DNA of 64,000 nucleotides from Candidatus Sulfomarinibacteraceae bacterium (GCA_963796455.1 CAWCLO010000004.1:96001-160000), one strand, 5' to 3'. Shown: positions 1 to 10,674, numbered from the stretch's first letter. The notes: a model not told the origin generated them from the sequence alone. A program made the numbers and translations.

Positions 1-1
1 G

Positions 2-697
2 GTCAATGCTCTTTCTCCCGAGTTGCTCGAAGCGATCTCCGACGAGGTTCGGACCGCGCCGGAGCGTGGAGCCAGGGCGCTGGTTCTTTCCGGTGGTGAA
101 GGGATCTTTTCGGCTGGTCTCGATGTTCCGGTACTGCTCGGGCTCGACCGTGACGGGCTCCTTCGAGCATTGGATATTTTTTTCGGAACAATGGAGGCCC
201 TGGCCCGATCGACCATACCGGTGGCGGCTGCAATTACCGGCCACAGTCCGGCAGGTGGCGCGGTCCTGGCGCTTTTCTGCGACTGGCGGGTGATGGCCGA
301 GGGAGATTATTCAATCGGACTCAACGAGGTGAGGATCGGGATCCCGATGCCGTCGGTAGTCGCTGCACTGGTGGGGAGAACGGTGGGACCCAGGGTCGGA
401 GAGTCCTTGTGCGTGACGGGCCGCCTGCTGCCTTCGGCCGAAGCGCTCGATCTCGGTTTGGTGGATCAACTCGCTGCACTGGACTCGGTGGTGAGCGTCG
501 CGCGGGCGTGGTGCGAATCCACGATTCAATCTCCAGCGGGCGCCCTGACCAGGACGCGCGAGACCATGCGCAGAGATCTCATCGACCTCATGACCGGCCA
601 AAGGGCAGCCGATGTCGAAGATCTCGCCCGCACCTGGTTCGAGCCGGAACTGCAGGAAACTCTTCATGCATTGGTGGCACGTCTCAAGGGAAATTGA
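2..697 (+). CDS. Enoyl-CoA hydratase/isomerase (crotonase) family protein, 5'-partial
   Basis: Frame is open from the window edge (VNALSPELLEAI). Crotonase motifs FSAGLD, AITGHSPAGG and IGLNEVRIGI. Confidence 0.9.
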   Translation, partial: VNALSPELLEAISDEVRTAPERGARALVLSGGEGIFSAGLDVPVLLGLDRDGLLRALDIFFGTMEALARSTIPVAAAITGHSPAGGAVLALFCDWRVMAEGDYSIGLNEVRIGIPMPSVVAALVGRTVGPRVGESLCVTGRLLPSAEALDLGLVDQLAALDSVVSVARAWCESTIQSPAGALTRTRETMRRDLIDLMTGQRAADVEDLARTWFEPELQETLHALVARLKGN

Positions 698-792
698 GAG
701 GCTGTCCGGCTCACAACCGATTCGGGTACAATGACCCAGCCCATCTTCGGACATCGGAGAGATGCATCGTCGGATCGAACGGGAGGTCTCGC

Positions 793-2332
793 GTGAAAAT
801 TCCGTCGCTCGTTTTAAAGCAGCTTTACACCTATGGAAGTCTCGAAAACTCTCCGAACGGGGTGGTTTTCGGCCTCAAGAACAGACTCAGCGATGCCCAG
901 GTCAGTTCTATCAAGGAAATCCAGTTCGACAAACGGAAAGTGCCGCTCGATGATCTGATCTTCATCACGGGCGACGAAGAGTTCGCGCCATTCCGACATC
1001 AGTTCCGAGAGCCCGATCGCGTTCCCTTTGGGCAAAATTCTCACGGTCGTTTGGAAAAACGCGTCTCTCGAGATCGGTAAACACACGATCTCGGTGAGCT
1101 TCGACAGCACCCCTTTTGGTGGGCTGTCGTTCTCCGTCAAGGATTCGATCCGTGAAACCAAGGAGGAACGGATCAAGGTTCCCTACGATCGAGAGGATGA
1201 TTACAGTGACGAAATCATCTCTGAGCGGCAGAAATTTGCCCACTCGTTCTCAGGAGTTGATTTCAAACACGTCTCGGAGTTTTCCTTCGACCCATCCACC
1301 ACCCAGGGCAATATCGAGAGTTTCGTCGGCGTTGCGCAGATTCCCATCGGTTTGGCCGGGCCGATCAAGATCAACGGAGAGCATGCCATCGGAGAGTTCC
1401 TGGTGCCCTTGGCGACTACCGAAGGCACGCTGGTGGCGTCATACAACCGGGGAATCAAGGTCCTCAATCTATCGGGTGGCGTCACCTGCACGGTGTCGGA
1501 TGACCGGATGCAGCGTGCTCCGGTCTTTGTCTTCGCATCGGCTCGCGAGGCGCGGGGTTTCCGCGACTGGGTCAACGAGCACCTGACCGAGATCACCCAG
1601 GCCGCCGAGGCCACATCGAGCGTTGCGAAGCTCCTCGACATCGATATCTTCCTTGCAAGCCGTTTTGCCTATCTCCGCTTCAACTACTTCACCGGCGATG
1701 CTGCGGGCCAGAACATGGTGGGTCGCGCGACCTTTGCCGCCTGTTCTTGGATGCTCGACCAGGTCGACAATGTGGTTCGTTTTTACCTCGAATCAAATCT
1801 CGCCACCGACAAAAAACACTCCCAGATCAACATCATGCGCACCCGGGGAAAAAGGGTCATCGCGGAGGCGGTGGTGAGCAGGGACGTGCTGGTACAGCAC
1901 ATGCGGGTCGAACCCGAGAGCCTGCAGTACCACTCTCGGATCTCGAATGTCGGTTCCTTCCTGTCGGGTGCGAACAACAACGGTGCCCACTCACCCAACG
2001 GCATCACCGCGATGTTCATCGCAACCGGGCAGGATGTCGCCAACGTAGCGGAGTCGTCTTCCGCGATCCTTTTTACCGAGCTCACGCCGGAACGCGATCT
2101 CTACATGTCGATCACCATCCCGTCGCTGATCGTCGCCACCTTCGGCGGCGGCACCGGTCTTTCGACCCAACGTGAATGTCTTGAACTCATGGGTTGCGTC
2201 GGCAAGGGCAAGGTCAAGAAACTGGCCGAAATCATCGCCGGCGTCGTTCTCGCGGGAGAGATCTCTCTCGGATCGGCGATCTCGTCCCTCGACTGGGTGT
2301 CAAGTCACGAGAAATACGGCCGCAACCGGTGA
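793..2332 (+). CDS. Class I-type hydroxymethylglutaryl-CoA reductase with extra N-terminal domain; one frameshift near 991
   Basis: GGAGG then GTG at 793 (VKIPSLVLKQLYTYGSLEN). Removing one T at 991-992 joins this frame to ORF 1028..2332. Motifs NIESFVG, PLATTEG, TGDAAGQNM, ATGQD, TFGGGT and a C-terminal His. Confidence 0.88.
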
Positions 2333-2360
2333 CGATGCGGGCTGAGGCAGTGGAGGATCA

Positions 2361-4058
2361 TTGATGGGTGAGGGCGGGTCACCGGCCCCCGATCGCGATC
2401 CAATTCGAACTCCGGAGCCCCGTCGGCGGGCGAGCCGGCGCGCGTATATCAATATTCCAGGTCTGGCGCGGCGCGGTAGGACGACGGTCCGCCACGTGGG
2501 GGCACTGGTCTCCGGTGGTTTCATTGCCTCGGTGGAGGCGAGCCGTCGGCGCGGTGGTCGCGGTTTCATCTTTCGAATCCGGGCCCTCATCGCCTGGGTA
2601 TTGCGCCGTTTCATGGACGGGGACATTGCGGACCAACCTTTTCCCGTCCAGCTGCGTCGCCGGCTGGAGATCCTCGGGCCGACCTACGTCAAACTCGGCC
2701 AGATTCTGAGTTTGCGGCAGGACATCCTTCCCGAATCGGTCACGGGTGAGCTGCGCAATCTTCTGTCCGATCTCCCGCCAATAGATTTCAATGAGATCCG
2801 CCAGGTTGTGGAAACCGATCTCGGGAAACCGATGGAGGAGGTGTTCGCCGAGTTCAATCAGTTTCCCCTGGGTTCGGCGTCCATTGCCCAGAGCCACTGG
2901 GCACGCCTGGCAAATGGCGACCAGGTCATCCTCAAGGTGGTCAAACCGGGCATTCGCGATCTTCTTTATCGCGACGCAACCTTGTTGCGGTCCACCGCGC
3001 GCTTTCTGCAACTGATCATCCCGCGCTATCAGCCGCGAAGGGTGATTGACGAGTTCTGCGAGTACACCCTGCGTGAGGTCGAGATGACCTTCGAAGCGCA
3101 AAACGCTGAGACATTTGCGGTCAACTTCGCCGACACACCCGACGTCGTGTTCCCCAGTATCTATCGCGAATTTTCGGCCGACAACGTCTTGTGCATGGAG
3201 TTCCTCGATGGTGTCCGGCCGGACGACCCTTCGGTACGTGCGCTGCCCTTCGAGGAGCGAGACAGATTGATCGGTCTCGGTGCCGAGGCGATCATCCGCA
3301 TGCTCTACCAGGATGGTTTCTTTCATGCCGATCTGCATCCTGCAAACCTGCTGGTGCTTCCCGGCGTCAAGGTCGGTTTCATCGATCTCGGGATGGTCGG
3401 ACACTTCGACCCCGAGTTGCGGCACAACATGCTCGAGCTCTTCTACGCCATGGTGATGGAGGATTTCGAAGGCGCGGCGCGACATCTGGCAGCGGTTTCA
3501 CAAACCGAGCCAAGGTCGGACGTTGCCGGTTTTCGCACGGCGGTCAAAGAGATTGCCCGCAAGTGGCGCCGTCACGCGCGCTTTGAAGAGTTTTCGCTGG
3601 CGCTCCTGATCCTCGAGTGCATCCAACTCGGTGCACGCTATCACCTGTACTTTCCGGTCGAGCTGGTGTTGATGGTCAAAGGCCTGGTGACCTATGAGGG
3701 CGTCGGATATCTTCTCGACCCGGATTTCAATGTCGCCGAGGTTTCCGAGCGTTATGTCGGGCGGATTTTCAAGCAGGAGTACTCACCCCAGCGCCTCCTC
3801 AAAGAAGGGCTGCGGGTGGCGCCTGATCTCTTTGACGCGATCCTCAAATTTCCGCTCCTGGTTTCGGAGGGTCTGTCCGTTCTCGAGGAGAGGACCCGCA
3901 GACGTCCGCAACGGCCGCTGAGCGGAGTTCGGGCAACCCTTTACGGCGGCGCCTGCCTGGTTGCCGGGTCGATTCTGATCGGTCTCAAGGGCCCGTGGTA
4001 TCTCGCCGCACTGTTGTTCGTGGTCGGTGTGTTGTTGCCGTTGCGACGAGGGGATTGA
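2361..4058 (+). CDS. ABC1/UbiB/AarF family atypical kinase
   Basis: LGPTYVKLGQILS, LGSASIAQ, FFHADLHPAN, IDLGMVG and C-terminal TM helices. Confidence 0.92.
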   Translation: MMGEGGSPAPDRDPIRTPEPRRRASRRAYINIPGLARRGRTTVRHVGALVSGGFIASVEASRRRGGRGFIFRIRALIAWVLRRFMDGDIADQPFPVQLRRRLEILGPTYVKLGQILSLRQDILPESVTGELRNLLSDLPPIDFNEIRQVVETDLGKPMEEVFAEFNQFPLGSASIAQSHWARLANGDQVILKVVKPGIRDLLYRDATLLRSTARFLQLIIPRYQPRRVIDEFCEYTLREVEMTFEAQNAETFAVNFADTPDVVFPSIYREFSADNVLCMEFLDGVRPDDPSVRALPFEERDRLIGLGAEAIIRMLYQDGFFHADLHPANLLVLPGVKVGFIDLGMVGHFDPELRHNMLELFYAMVMEDFEGAARHLAAVSQTEPRSDVAGFRTAVKEIARKWRRHARFEEFSLALLILECIQLGARYHLYFPVELVLMVKGLVTYEGVGYLLDPDFNVAEVSERYVGRIFKQEYSPQRLLKEGLRVAPDLFDAILKFPLLVSEGLSVLEERTRRRPQRPLSGVRATLYGGACLVAGSILIGLKGPWYLAALLFVVGVLLPLRRGD

Positions 4059-4217
4059 CCCGGACGTCCACAGCCGGTGCCGGGCACATTTACGACATCT
4101 ATACACCCCCCTGGTTAGCCGACGGAACCCTGGTGGTAGTCTCGTCGCGACACGACCGGTTTGGGCGGAAAACCACCGAGCCCAAACCGGGTCTGTTGTT
4201 TCCCAAGGGAGGGAAAA

Positions 4218-5663
4218 ATGCAGTATCAGAGAGTAGCGCAATCGACTGTCGTCGCACTGTTGATCATGATCGGTGCGGCGGAGGCCACGGAGGTGACGCT
4301 CCAGCAGGTCACTTTCCCCGAACGCAACAATATCCAAATCAGTTTCGAGCGAGACAACCGAGCGCCGGAGGCGACCCTGACCGCCGAGGTCCAGTACCGC
4401 GAAGGTCAGGCGAATATGGAAATTCAGTTTCGCAACATGAAACCGGCGATCCTTTTTGGTGGCGACGTGACCAGTTATGTGCTGTGGGCGGTGACCCCTG
4501 ACGGCGCGGCCGAGAATCTCGGCGAGCTGTGGGTTCGCGAAGAGGCCGAGAAGGTGGAGTACTCGTCGGGGCTCAAGTCCTTCGCGATGATGGTGACCGC
4601 GGAGTCTCATTCATTGGTGTCCGCGCCGTCCGAGCTGGTGATGTTCTGGTCCGAGGCGGCCAAGTCGAAGAAGGCGACATCGGTCCCTTTCACCTTCTCG
4701 GGCTTTGTGCCTGCGCCCTCGATCGAATACCCATCGGTGGCGCGGGTCATCTGGGATCGTGACCAACCGCTCGATCTCCGACAGGCCGAAAAGGCGTATG
4801 AACTTGCGGTTGCGGCCGGTGCTGAGGAGTATGCGCCGAGTGCGCTGCGGAGGGCCCTCACCGCGCGGACCCAGGCCCGCAATTACACCACCGCCAAAAA
4901 GTCGAAGGCGGCGGTGGACTATAGCCGGCGTTCACTCGCCCTCAGCGCGGAAGCGCTCCAGGTGACGGCGCAACGCAAGGAAGCCGAGGCGATCGAGGCC
5001 GAGATCGCGCGCCGGACGGCGGAGATGGAAGCCCTGATCGCGCGGGCCGGCGAGGCTGAAACGAGTGCGGCTGCCGCTGCCGTCGCGCTCGGTGAGGCCC
5101 AACGCCAGAAAGGTGAGGCGGACGCTGCGGTAACGAGTGCCCAACGCGAACTTGCTGGAATCGAGGCCGAACGCCTCGAGCTCCAGGCAGCGGTGACCGC
5201 GCTCGAGGAACAATCCGCCGAACTGGCACGGGAAAAGGCCGACCTCTCAGCCCGGCTCCAGGGTGCGTTGTCCTCGGTGGCAGACACCCAGTCGTCCGCC
5301 CGTGGAATGATCGTCAGTCTCCCGGACATCCTCTTCGATTCCAACGAGGCGACTTTGAAATACGATGCCAAGGTCGTGATCGCCAAGCTCGCCGGTATTC
5401 TGCTCATCCTGCCTGAGCTCAATCTCAGGGTTGAAGGGCACACCGATTCTACCGGGAACGCCGACTACAACCAGGGGCTGTCTGAACGGCGCGCTGCGTC
5501 GGTCCGAGACTTCCTCGGTCAGCAGGGCATCGATTGGACGCGAATGATCTCCGTCGGTTATGGATTGAACCGACCGGTAGCGGACAACGCGACCCGAGAG
5601 GGCCGCGCGAAAAACCGGCGAGTCGAGATCGTGATCGCCGAGGGTGTAGTGGCAGCGAACTGA
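4218..5663 (+). CDS. OmpA family protein with long coiled-coil region
   Basis: GGAGG plus ATG at 4218 and a signal peptide. OmpA_C motifs VEGHTDSTG, NQGLSERRA, NRRVEI. Confidence 0.9.
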   Translation: MQYQRVAQSTVVALLIMIGAAEATEVTLQQVTFPERNNIQISFERDNRAPEATLTAEVQYREGQANMEIQFRNMKPAILFGGDVTSYVLWAVTPDGAAENLGELWVREEAEKVEYSSGLKSFAMMVTAESHSLVSAPSELVMFWSEAAKSKKATSVPFTFSGFVPAPSIEYPSVARVIWDRDQPLDLRQAEKAYELAVAAGAEEYAPSALRRALTARTQARNYTTAKKSKAAVDYSRRSLALSAEALQVTAQRKEAEAIEAEIARRTAEMEALIARAGEAETSAAAAAVALGEAQRQKGEADAAVTSAQRELAGIEAERLELQAAVTALEEQSAELAREKADLSARLQGALSSVADTQSSARGMIVSLPDILFDSNEATLKYDAKVVIAKLAGILLILPELNLRVEGHTDSTGNADYNQGLSERRAASVRDFLGQQGIDWTRMISVGYGLNRPVADNATREGRAKNRRVEIVIAEGVVAAN

Positions 5664-5912
5664 GCTGGAAATAACTGCTTTTTGAATTCCGGCCGGGTAT
5701 TAGACCCAGCCGGAACTCTTCGCCTTTTTTCTGCCACATTTCGCCACAGGATTTCCTTGCTTGGGCACGACGTGACCCGAATCACGGGTTGTAATGGATG
5801 AGAAGCCGGACAGGTGCGATCTGCTTTGCTTTTCGCACTTTCTCGCTTAGTATGCGGCGCGGGCTTCGATGCACCGCGATCGCAGCAACGAATGAAAATG
5901 GGGGGCCCGCGA

Positions 5913-6026
5913 GTGCAAAAGAGTGAGTCACGCAGCAATGAAAGCTCGAACAACCAGATCCTTTTTCCGATGGCGGTTGGTGCGCTTTTTCTCGTGATCC
6001 TGGTGGCCGGCGCTCTGCTCGGTTAG
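5913..6026 (+). CDS. Possible small single-TM protein
   Basis: Short ORF ending in the hydrophobic stretch ILFPMAVGALFLVILVAGALLG. Start uncertain. Confidence 0.3.
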   Translation: MQKSESRSNESSNNQILFPMAVGALFLVILVAGALLG

Positions 6027-6081
6027 CCCGAAGATCCCATCATCCCGGCCGGCTTGTTCCGATCCGGTCTCGAATCATTTC

Positions 6082-7239
6082 TCAAAAATCGATCACGTAA
6101 TCGCCGTCTTTGATCAACTCGAGGGTTGATCCGTCGGCCATTTCGAGTACGACGCTGGACGCAGCGATCCTGGGTTGCAGCTCGTTGAGATAGACGTGGT
6201 CCTGGTGCATCACGGCCTCGGGGCGGCTGAAGCTGTCGGGCCCGACCTGTCCGCCAAAATGCTCGCTCCGGCCGAAGGCCAGGTGAAGACCCAGCTTTTC
6301 GTCGAGCAGCACCTCGCCGATGGGCGTGATACCAAAACCGGCCAGCACACCGAGACCGAGTTCGGCGAGGTTGCCGCGCGCAGGTTCGGCGCTCAGGCGT
6401 CGTCCTTCGGCCTCGGATTCCGGGCCCGAGGAGATGATTTCCAGCGCCCGATTCTCGACGATATTGAACAGAACCACCTCGTCGCCGAACTGGACCGGCA
6501 TCGTGCCGGAGCTCCCGCTGGGGTCGCCATCGATCTCTCCCTCGTAGGGAACGATATAGGCTTCACCGGAAGGAAGATTGCCGGCGGTTCCCCGCTGGTG
6601 CAGTAGGCCGCCCGAAGCATGGCCCTTCCGGTGGCGGAGATCGAGGTGCAGATCGTGGTTTTGCTTGCCGTCGACGGTGAAGCTGAAGTCGGCACCCACA
6701 CTCGCATCCAAGAGGTCTTTCAAAAGAACCACCCGGCGATTGACCTCGATGTAGTCGAGCCGAAGAGCAGGAATCATCGCTCGCGAGAATCCGGGCATGG
6801 TGGCCGCCCGGCAGCCGAGCCGGGGAGCCATCACTTTAAGGGGGGCGGTGGTGGAGAACTGGGTCGGTGCCAAGACCAGGGAGTGTCGTCCGAGGATCGA
6901 CTCCATAGGTTCTTCGGGTTGACCGATCATTTCCGCGGCATGATCCGGAATTTCATCACCGCTCCACATCCAACCATTGTTTGGAAGATCGGCGTTGTTC
7001 GAGTGCACGTTCCGGTAGATGCAGAGCGAAACCTCGATCCCGTGAGTTTCCCGGGCACCCTTCAACTCCCGCACCCAGCCGGCTGCGATCGATCGCCTCG
7101 TATGCCATCGAGAGGTGTCGGGAACTTCGTCGTCAGGGAGATCGACGATCACCACCAGAGAACGGTCCTCGGTGGTCGGTTCAAAGACCCGTTGGATGAG
7201 GCTGGTCAGCTCGTCGGCGGAGAGTCGGTCGTCGGTCAT
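6082..7239 (-). CDS. M29-like (thermophilic metalloprotease / aminopeptidase T) peptidase
   Basis: GNLPSGEAYIVP, AELGLG, DEKLGLHLAFGRS and HQD motifs. Confidence 0.75.
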   Translation of the reverse strand: MTDDRLSADELTSLIQRVFEPTTEDRSLVVIVDLPDDEVPDTSRWHTRRSIAAGWVRELKGARETHGIEVSLCIYRNVHSNNADLPNNGWMWSGDEIPDHAAEMIGQPEEPMESILGRHSLVLAPTQFSTTAPLKVMAPRLGCRAATMPGFSRAMIPALRLDYIEVNRRVVLLKDLLDASVGADFSFTVDGKQNHDLHLDLRHRKGHASGGLLHQRGTAGNLPSGEAYIVPYEGEIDGDPSGSSGTMPVQFGDEVVLFNIVENRALEIISSGPESEAEGRRLSAEPARGNLAELGLGVLAGFGITPIGEVLLDEKLGLHLAFGRSEHFGGQVGPDSFSRPEAVMHQDHVYLNELQPRIAASSVVLEMADGSTLELIKDGDYVIDF

Positions 7240-7366
7240 TTTTTGAGGCCTCCAAATCGCGAATCAACTGGAGCCCACATGGTACCGCGTCTGGGAAGGG
7301 CCTGGTCCTTGGGCCTGGGCTTGAACTTCGGGGTGGAAATCGACCTCAGGGCTCAGGCCCCAGACC

Positions 7367-7972
7367 CTATTCGACTATTTTGACCGTAATTCGATCGTAC
7401 CAATCGGCAGAACCTGGGAGGCCGATGGCGATGTTGGCCGACCGCCGGTGGCGGAGCGTCTCGAAGGGGTGGCCGCGGACCGTTTGCACGAGTTCGCCGT
7501 CCCGCCAACCCGTGACCTCGAACCAGAGCTCGAGAGAACCCAGATTCCTGCCGCAACTGTTTGCAGCACTGATGTCAACGAGCACGTGGGCGTTCGGCGA
7601 CATGATCTGGGTTTCGGTCCACTTGAAGTGCACGCACTGTGAAATTCCGGGGGTTGGCGTTGCGGGTGGTCGAGTGGGTGTATCCACCGGACGCCACACG
7701 GCTGGGGCGGGGGTTTTTGTCGGGCCCGTGGAGACCACCCATTCCGAGGCTTGTTCGACAAGCTCCGTCGGAGCGCCGGGTGCAGTGGTGGGCCGGACCT
7801 GAGCTGAAGCCGGTTGCGGATCACTGACCACCACAGGTTCTTTGTTCATGCGCAGAAAGGCCAGGACCCCCGCCAGGGCGACAACCCCGAGGATCGCCAG
7901 CAGGACGACCGGCGGGCGCCGTTTGACTTTGCTGGCCGAAGATACGCGGAAACCTCGAGTGTTGTCATCCAT
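7367..7972 (-). CDS. Hypothetical membrane-anchored protein with Pro/Thr-rich linker
   Basis: N-terminal TM helix, PTPT-rich linker and a beta-rich C-terminal domain with two Cys. Confidence 0.7.
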   Translation of the reverse strand: MDDNTRGFRVSSASKVKRRPPVVLLAILGVVALAGVLAFLRMNKEPVVVSDPQPASAQVRPTTAPGAPTELVEQASEWVVSTGPTKTPAPAVWRPVDTPTRPPATPTPGISQCVHFKWTETQIMSPNAHVLVDISAANSCGRNLGSLELWFEVTGWRDGELVQTVRGHPFETLRHRRSANIAIGLPGSADWYDRITVKIVE

Positions 7973-8122
7973 TGCCCCTCCATTATGACATTGAGACTAC
8001 CGATCCGTCTTGAGTACCCGATCGGCGGCGGCCGTTGAGATTCCGACGCACTGCGGCAGAATGTTATTCTGTGCCGGCTGCGCGGGGTAAATGACGCGGA
8101 AGCCCCGGTCCGGAGGTCGATC

Positions 8123-8887
8123 ATGAGGTGGGCGGTTTTTAATCAAAAAGGCGGGGTCGGCAAATCGACGATCGTCTGCAATCTGGCCGCTGTCAGCGCG
8201 CTCGAGGGCCGGCGAACCCTGGTGGTTGATCTCGATCCTCAGTCAAACGCCAGCCACTATCTCCTCGGGCATGACGCGGAAGATGCCGAACCGACGCTGG
8301 TCCAGTTTTTCGAGCAGACGCTCGGCTTCAAGCTGTTCCGCGAGGGTGCGAAAGAGTTCATTCACCACACCCGCTTCGAAAACCTGCACGTCATGCCGGC
8401 TCGGATCGAGCTCGAAGAACTGCAGGCAAAGCTCGAGGCCAAGTACAAGATCTACAAGCTTCGCGACGCGCTGGCGGATCTCGATCGTTATGATGCCGTT
8501 TTCATCGACACGCCACCAGCCTTCAATTTTTATACTCTCTCGGCCCTGATCGCCGTCGATCGTTGTCTCATTCCCTTTGATTGTGACGACTTCTCCCGCC
8601 GGGCGTTATACAACCTGCTGGAAAATGTGGATGAGGTTCGTGAGGATCACAACTCGAAACTGGAGGTGGCAGGAATCGTCGTCAACCAGTTTCAGCCGCG
8701 GGCGCGCCTTCCGCAGCGGGTGGTGGATGAACTCGTGGCAGAAGGTCTCCCGGTCCTCGAGCCGTACATTACCTCGTCGATCAAAATACGTGAATCGCAC
8801 GAGGCGTCGAAGCCTCTGCCGTATATGGCGCGGTCACACAAACTGACTGCTCAATTCGAGGAGCTGTACGCCGCCATCATTGGTTGA
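8123..8887 (+). CDS. ParA/Soj family ATPase (no parB adjacent)
   Basis: NQKGGVGKST deviant Walker A, VDLDPQSN, IDTPP; GGAGG RBS. Confidence 0.93.
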   Translation: MRWAVFNQKGGVGKSTIVCNLAAVSALEGRRTLVVDLDPQSNASHYLLGHDAEDAEPTLVQFFEQTLGFKLFREGAKEFIHHTRFENLHVMPARIELEELQAKLEAKYKIYKLRDALADLDRYDAVFIDTPPAFNFYTLSALIAVDRCLIPFDCDDFSRRALYNLLENVDEVREDHNSKLEVAGIVVNQFQPRARLPQRVVDELVAEGLPVLEPYITSSIKIRESHEASKPLPYMARSHKLTAQFEELYAAIIG

Positions 8888-8948
8888 TTCGAGTTGACCG
8901 AGTCCGATCTCGACGGGTGAATTTACCGCATGAGATGCCATGGGGTTC

Positions 8949-8983
8949 ATCGCTATCGCAATCGCTATCGGTATCGCTATCGA
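8949..8983. repeat. (ATCGCT)n short tandem repeat
   Basis: atcgctatcgcaatcgctatcggtatcgctatcga; reverse-complement partner at 9383-9412. Confidence 0.8.
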
Positions 8984-9059
8984 AATAATGTGTCACCGCG
9001 TCCAATTCGATTACGATGCCGAGTTTTGGCCAAGGCTGTCAGGGCCAGCCCGTTTTCAT

Positions 9060-9241
9060 AGATCCTTCGATTCGGTCGTATCCTCCCTCGCTCAGGATGA
9101 CATTTTGTAGGCTGTTGTCCCAGGAATGATCATTCGGCCCGGACGACAAACCATCCGCGCTCCCGCGTCATCACTGATGGAAGCGACCATCAGGATGTCA
9201 TCCTGAGCGGAGCCCCCGAAAGGGGCGTAGTCGAAGGATCT
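9060..9241. repeat. REP-like palindromic element, TGTCATCCTGAGC...TCGAAGGATCT family
   Basis: Arms at 9060-9102 and 9196-9241 are mutually inverted and match the element at 18886-19007. Confidence 0.85.
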
Positions 9242-9302
9242 GTGGGACGGTCGGCACCGAGCACTCCACCGCCCCATGTTGCGCCGAATTATTTGGCGCG
9301 AT

Positions 9303-9363
9303 CACAAACTGACTGGTCAGTTCGAGGGGCTTTTCGCCGCATCAGTGGCTGATTCGAGTTGAC
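9303..9363 (+). repeat. Degenerate direct duplication of the parA 3' end
   Basis: Matches 8837-8898 at 54 of 62 positions by manual alignment. Confidence 0.85.
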
Positions 9364-9382
9364 GCCATCCAACACAATCCGT

Positions 9383-9412
9383 TATCGATAGCGATAGCGA
9401 TAGCGATAGCGA
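9383..9412. repeat. (GATAGC)4 short tandem repeat
   Basis: tatcgatagcgatagcgatagcgatagcga seen directly. Confidence 0.85.
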
Positions 9413-9455
9413 GGCCGAGTTCTGGCCGGGCCGCCAGACCCGACCCATTGTTGAT

Positions 9456-10478
9456 TCATTTGACTGGGTAGTAGATCTCGGTGATCAGCTCTTCCTCGGG
9501 GGTGTTGCCCGGGTCGCTGACAAATACTTCCCAGCTGCGTCCGTTGTTTTCGAGCCTGTGGGCCGCAACGAAGGCCTGGATCTTTTCGTGGGTCTTCCCC
9601 AACTCGGCATAGGGACCGATGTGGATGGCGCGTACAACCCGCCCGCCGTAAGTTTCTCCCATCCGGACCGGAGAGTCGGGACCGACACCCCGAGCCGGAG
9701 CGCCTGAGACGGGAATGCCCGCATCAAAACCAAAGCCTCGTTCGTCCCAATAATTCGTAATGGCGAGTGGTTGGCCCGCAAGCCGGAGGCCATTGGCCGA
9801 CACGAAGATCGCCACCCGTCCATAGGAGGCGGCAAGTGCGGCTGAAATGTCGGCTGAGTCGGGCCCGCTGGTGCCGGAAGAGTAGGCGATGGTCTGGGAT
9901 GGGATCTCGCGAATACCGATCTCGATGTCCGACCAGTCGATCTTGGGCATGTCCTCGGCGATCCGCTTCAGATTGGCAAGCCCCTGTGCGTAGAGGGGAC
10001 CCAGTTGTCGCTCGAGAAACAGACCGAAGTAGCGGCCGATGATGTTGAGGCCGAAATCGGTGTCGAAGGCCCAGGTTGCGCGGGTTCCTTCGCCGTCCCT
10101 CTGCAGCAGATATGCCGCCTGGGCCGTACCCTGGTCTCCGAGGTCGAGTTCCACGTCGACCCGCTCATAGGGGGTGCTCGCGACGATTGTCTGAGAACCG
10201 GCCTCGGCTTTTGGTTCCGTCGCAATCCAACTCATCTTGGACCCGACGCCGAAGGCTGGTCCCTCCCAGCTGTACTCGGCGTTTGGAGTCACCGCGACGA
10301 ATGGTGACCAGTCGTTGAAGGATCGAAATCCGTTGACCTGAGCAAAAACGACGCTGGGCGGTGCGTCGATGTGCACTGAGCGTTCGACGTGTCGCGTCCT
10401 CGGCAATAGAAAACCGATGACCACGACCAACAGGACGATCGCCAACAGCGTGTACAGGATCCTCTTCACCAGTTTCAT
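9456..10478 (-). CDS. SRPBCC (polyketide cyclase-like) plus GyrI-like domain protein
   Basis: N-terminal TM; VERSVHIDAPPSVVF and WSPF (SRPBCC); HIGPY and WEVFVSDPG...TEIYYPV (GyrI-like). Start set at MKLVKR. Confidence 0.88.
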   Translation of the reverse strand: MKLVKRILYTLLAIVLLVVVIGFLLPRTRHVERSVHIDAPPSVVFAQVNGFRSFNDWSPFVAVTPNAEYSWEGPAFGVGSKMSWIATEPKAEAGSQTIVASTPYERVDVELDLGDQGTAQAAYLLQRDGEGTRATWAFDTDFGLNIIGRYFGLFLERQLGPLYAQGLANLKRIAEDMPKIDWSDIEIGIREIPSQTIAYSSGTSGPDSADISAALAASYGRVAIFVSANGLRLAGQPLAITNYWDERGFGFDAGIPVSGAPARGVGPDSPVRMGETYGGRVVRAIHIGPYAELGKTHEKIQAFVAAHRLENNGRSWEVFVSDPGNTPEEELITEIYYPVK

Positions 10479-10674
10479 GCGATCCCCCGATGTACTCCCG
10501 AAGAGGGCAATACTCTCCGGCTGAGACTGTGGAATTGACTGCGGCCGCAGCATAACACGGGTGTTATGGGTGATCGAGCCGGGAAACCGTGGTCCGGCGT
10601 GATCCGGGGCACCACGTGGTTGTGCGGTATTCTTTAGGGTAGTACCGAGTAACAAAACGCGTGGGAGGGTGACC

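Noticed and set aside
980..1000. Programmed ribosomal frameshift in HMG-CoA reductase
   Set aside because: No slippery run is visible, and a single extra T is simpler given other indels in the contig.
2379..3485. Long antisense ORFs (also 25268..26455, 31708..32727, 44614..45591)
   Set aside because: They are shadows of well-supported opposite-strand genes in high-GC DNA and have no motifs of their own.
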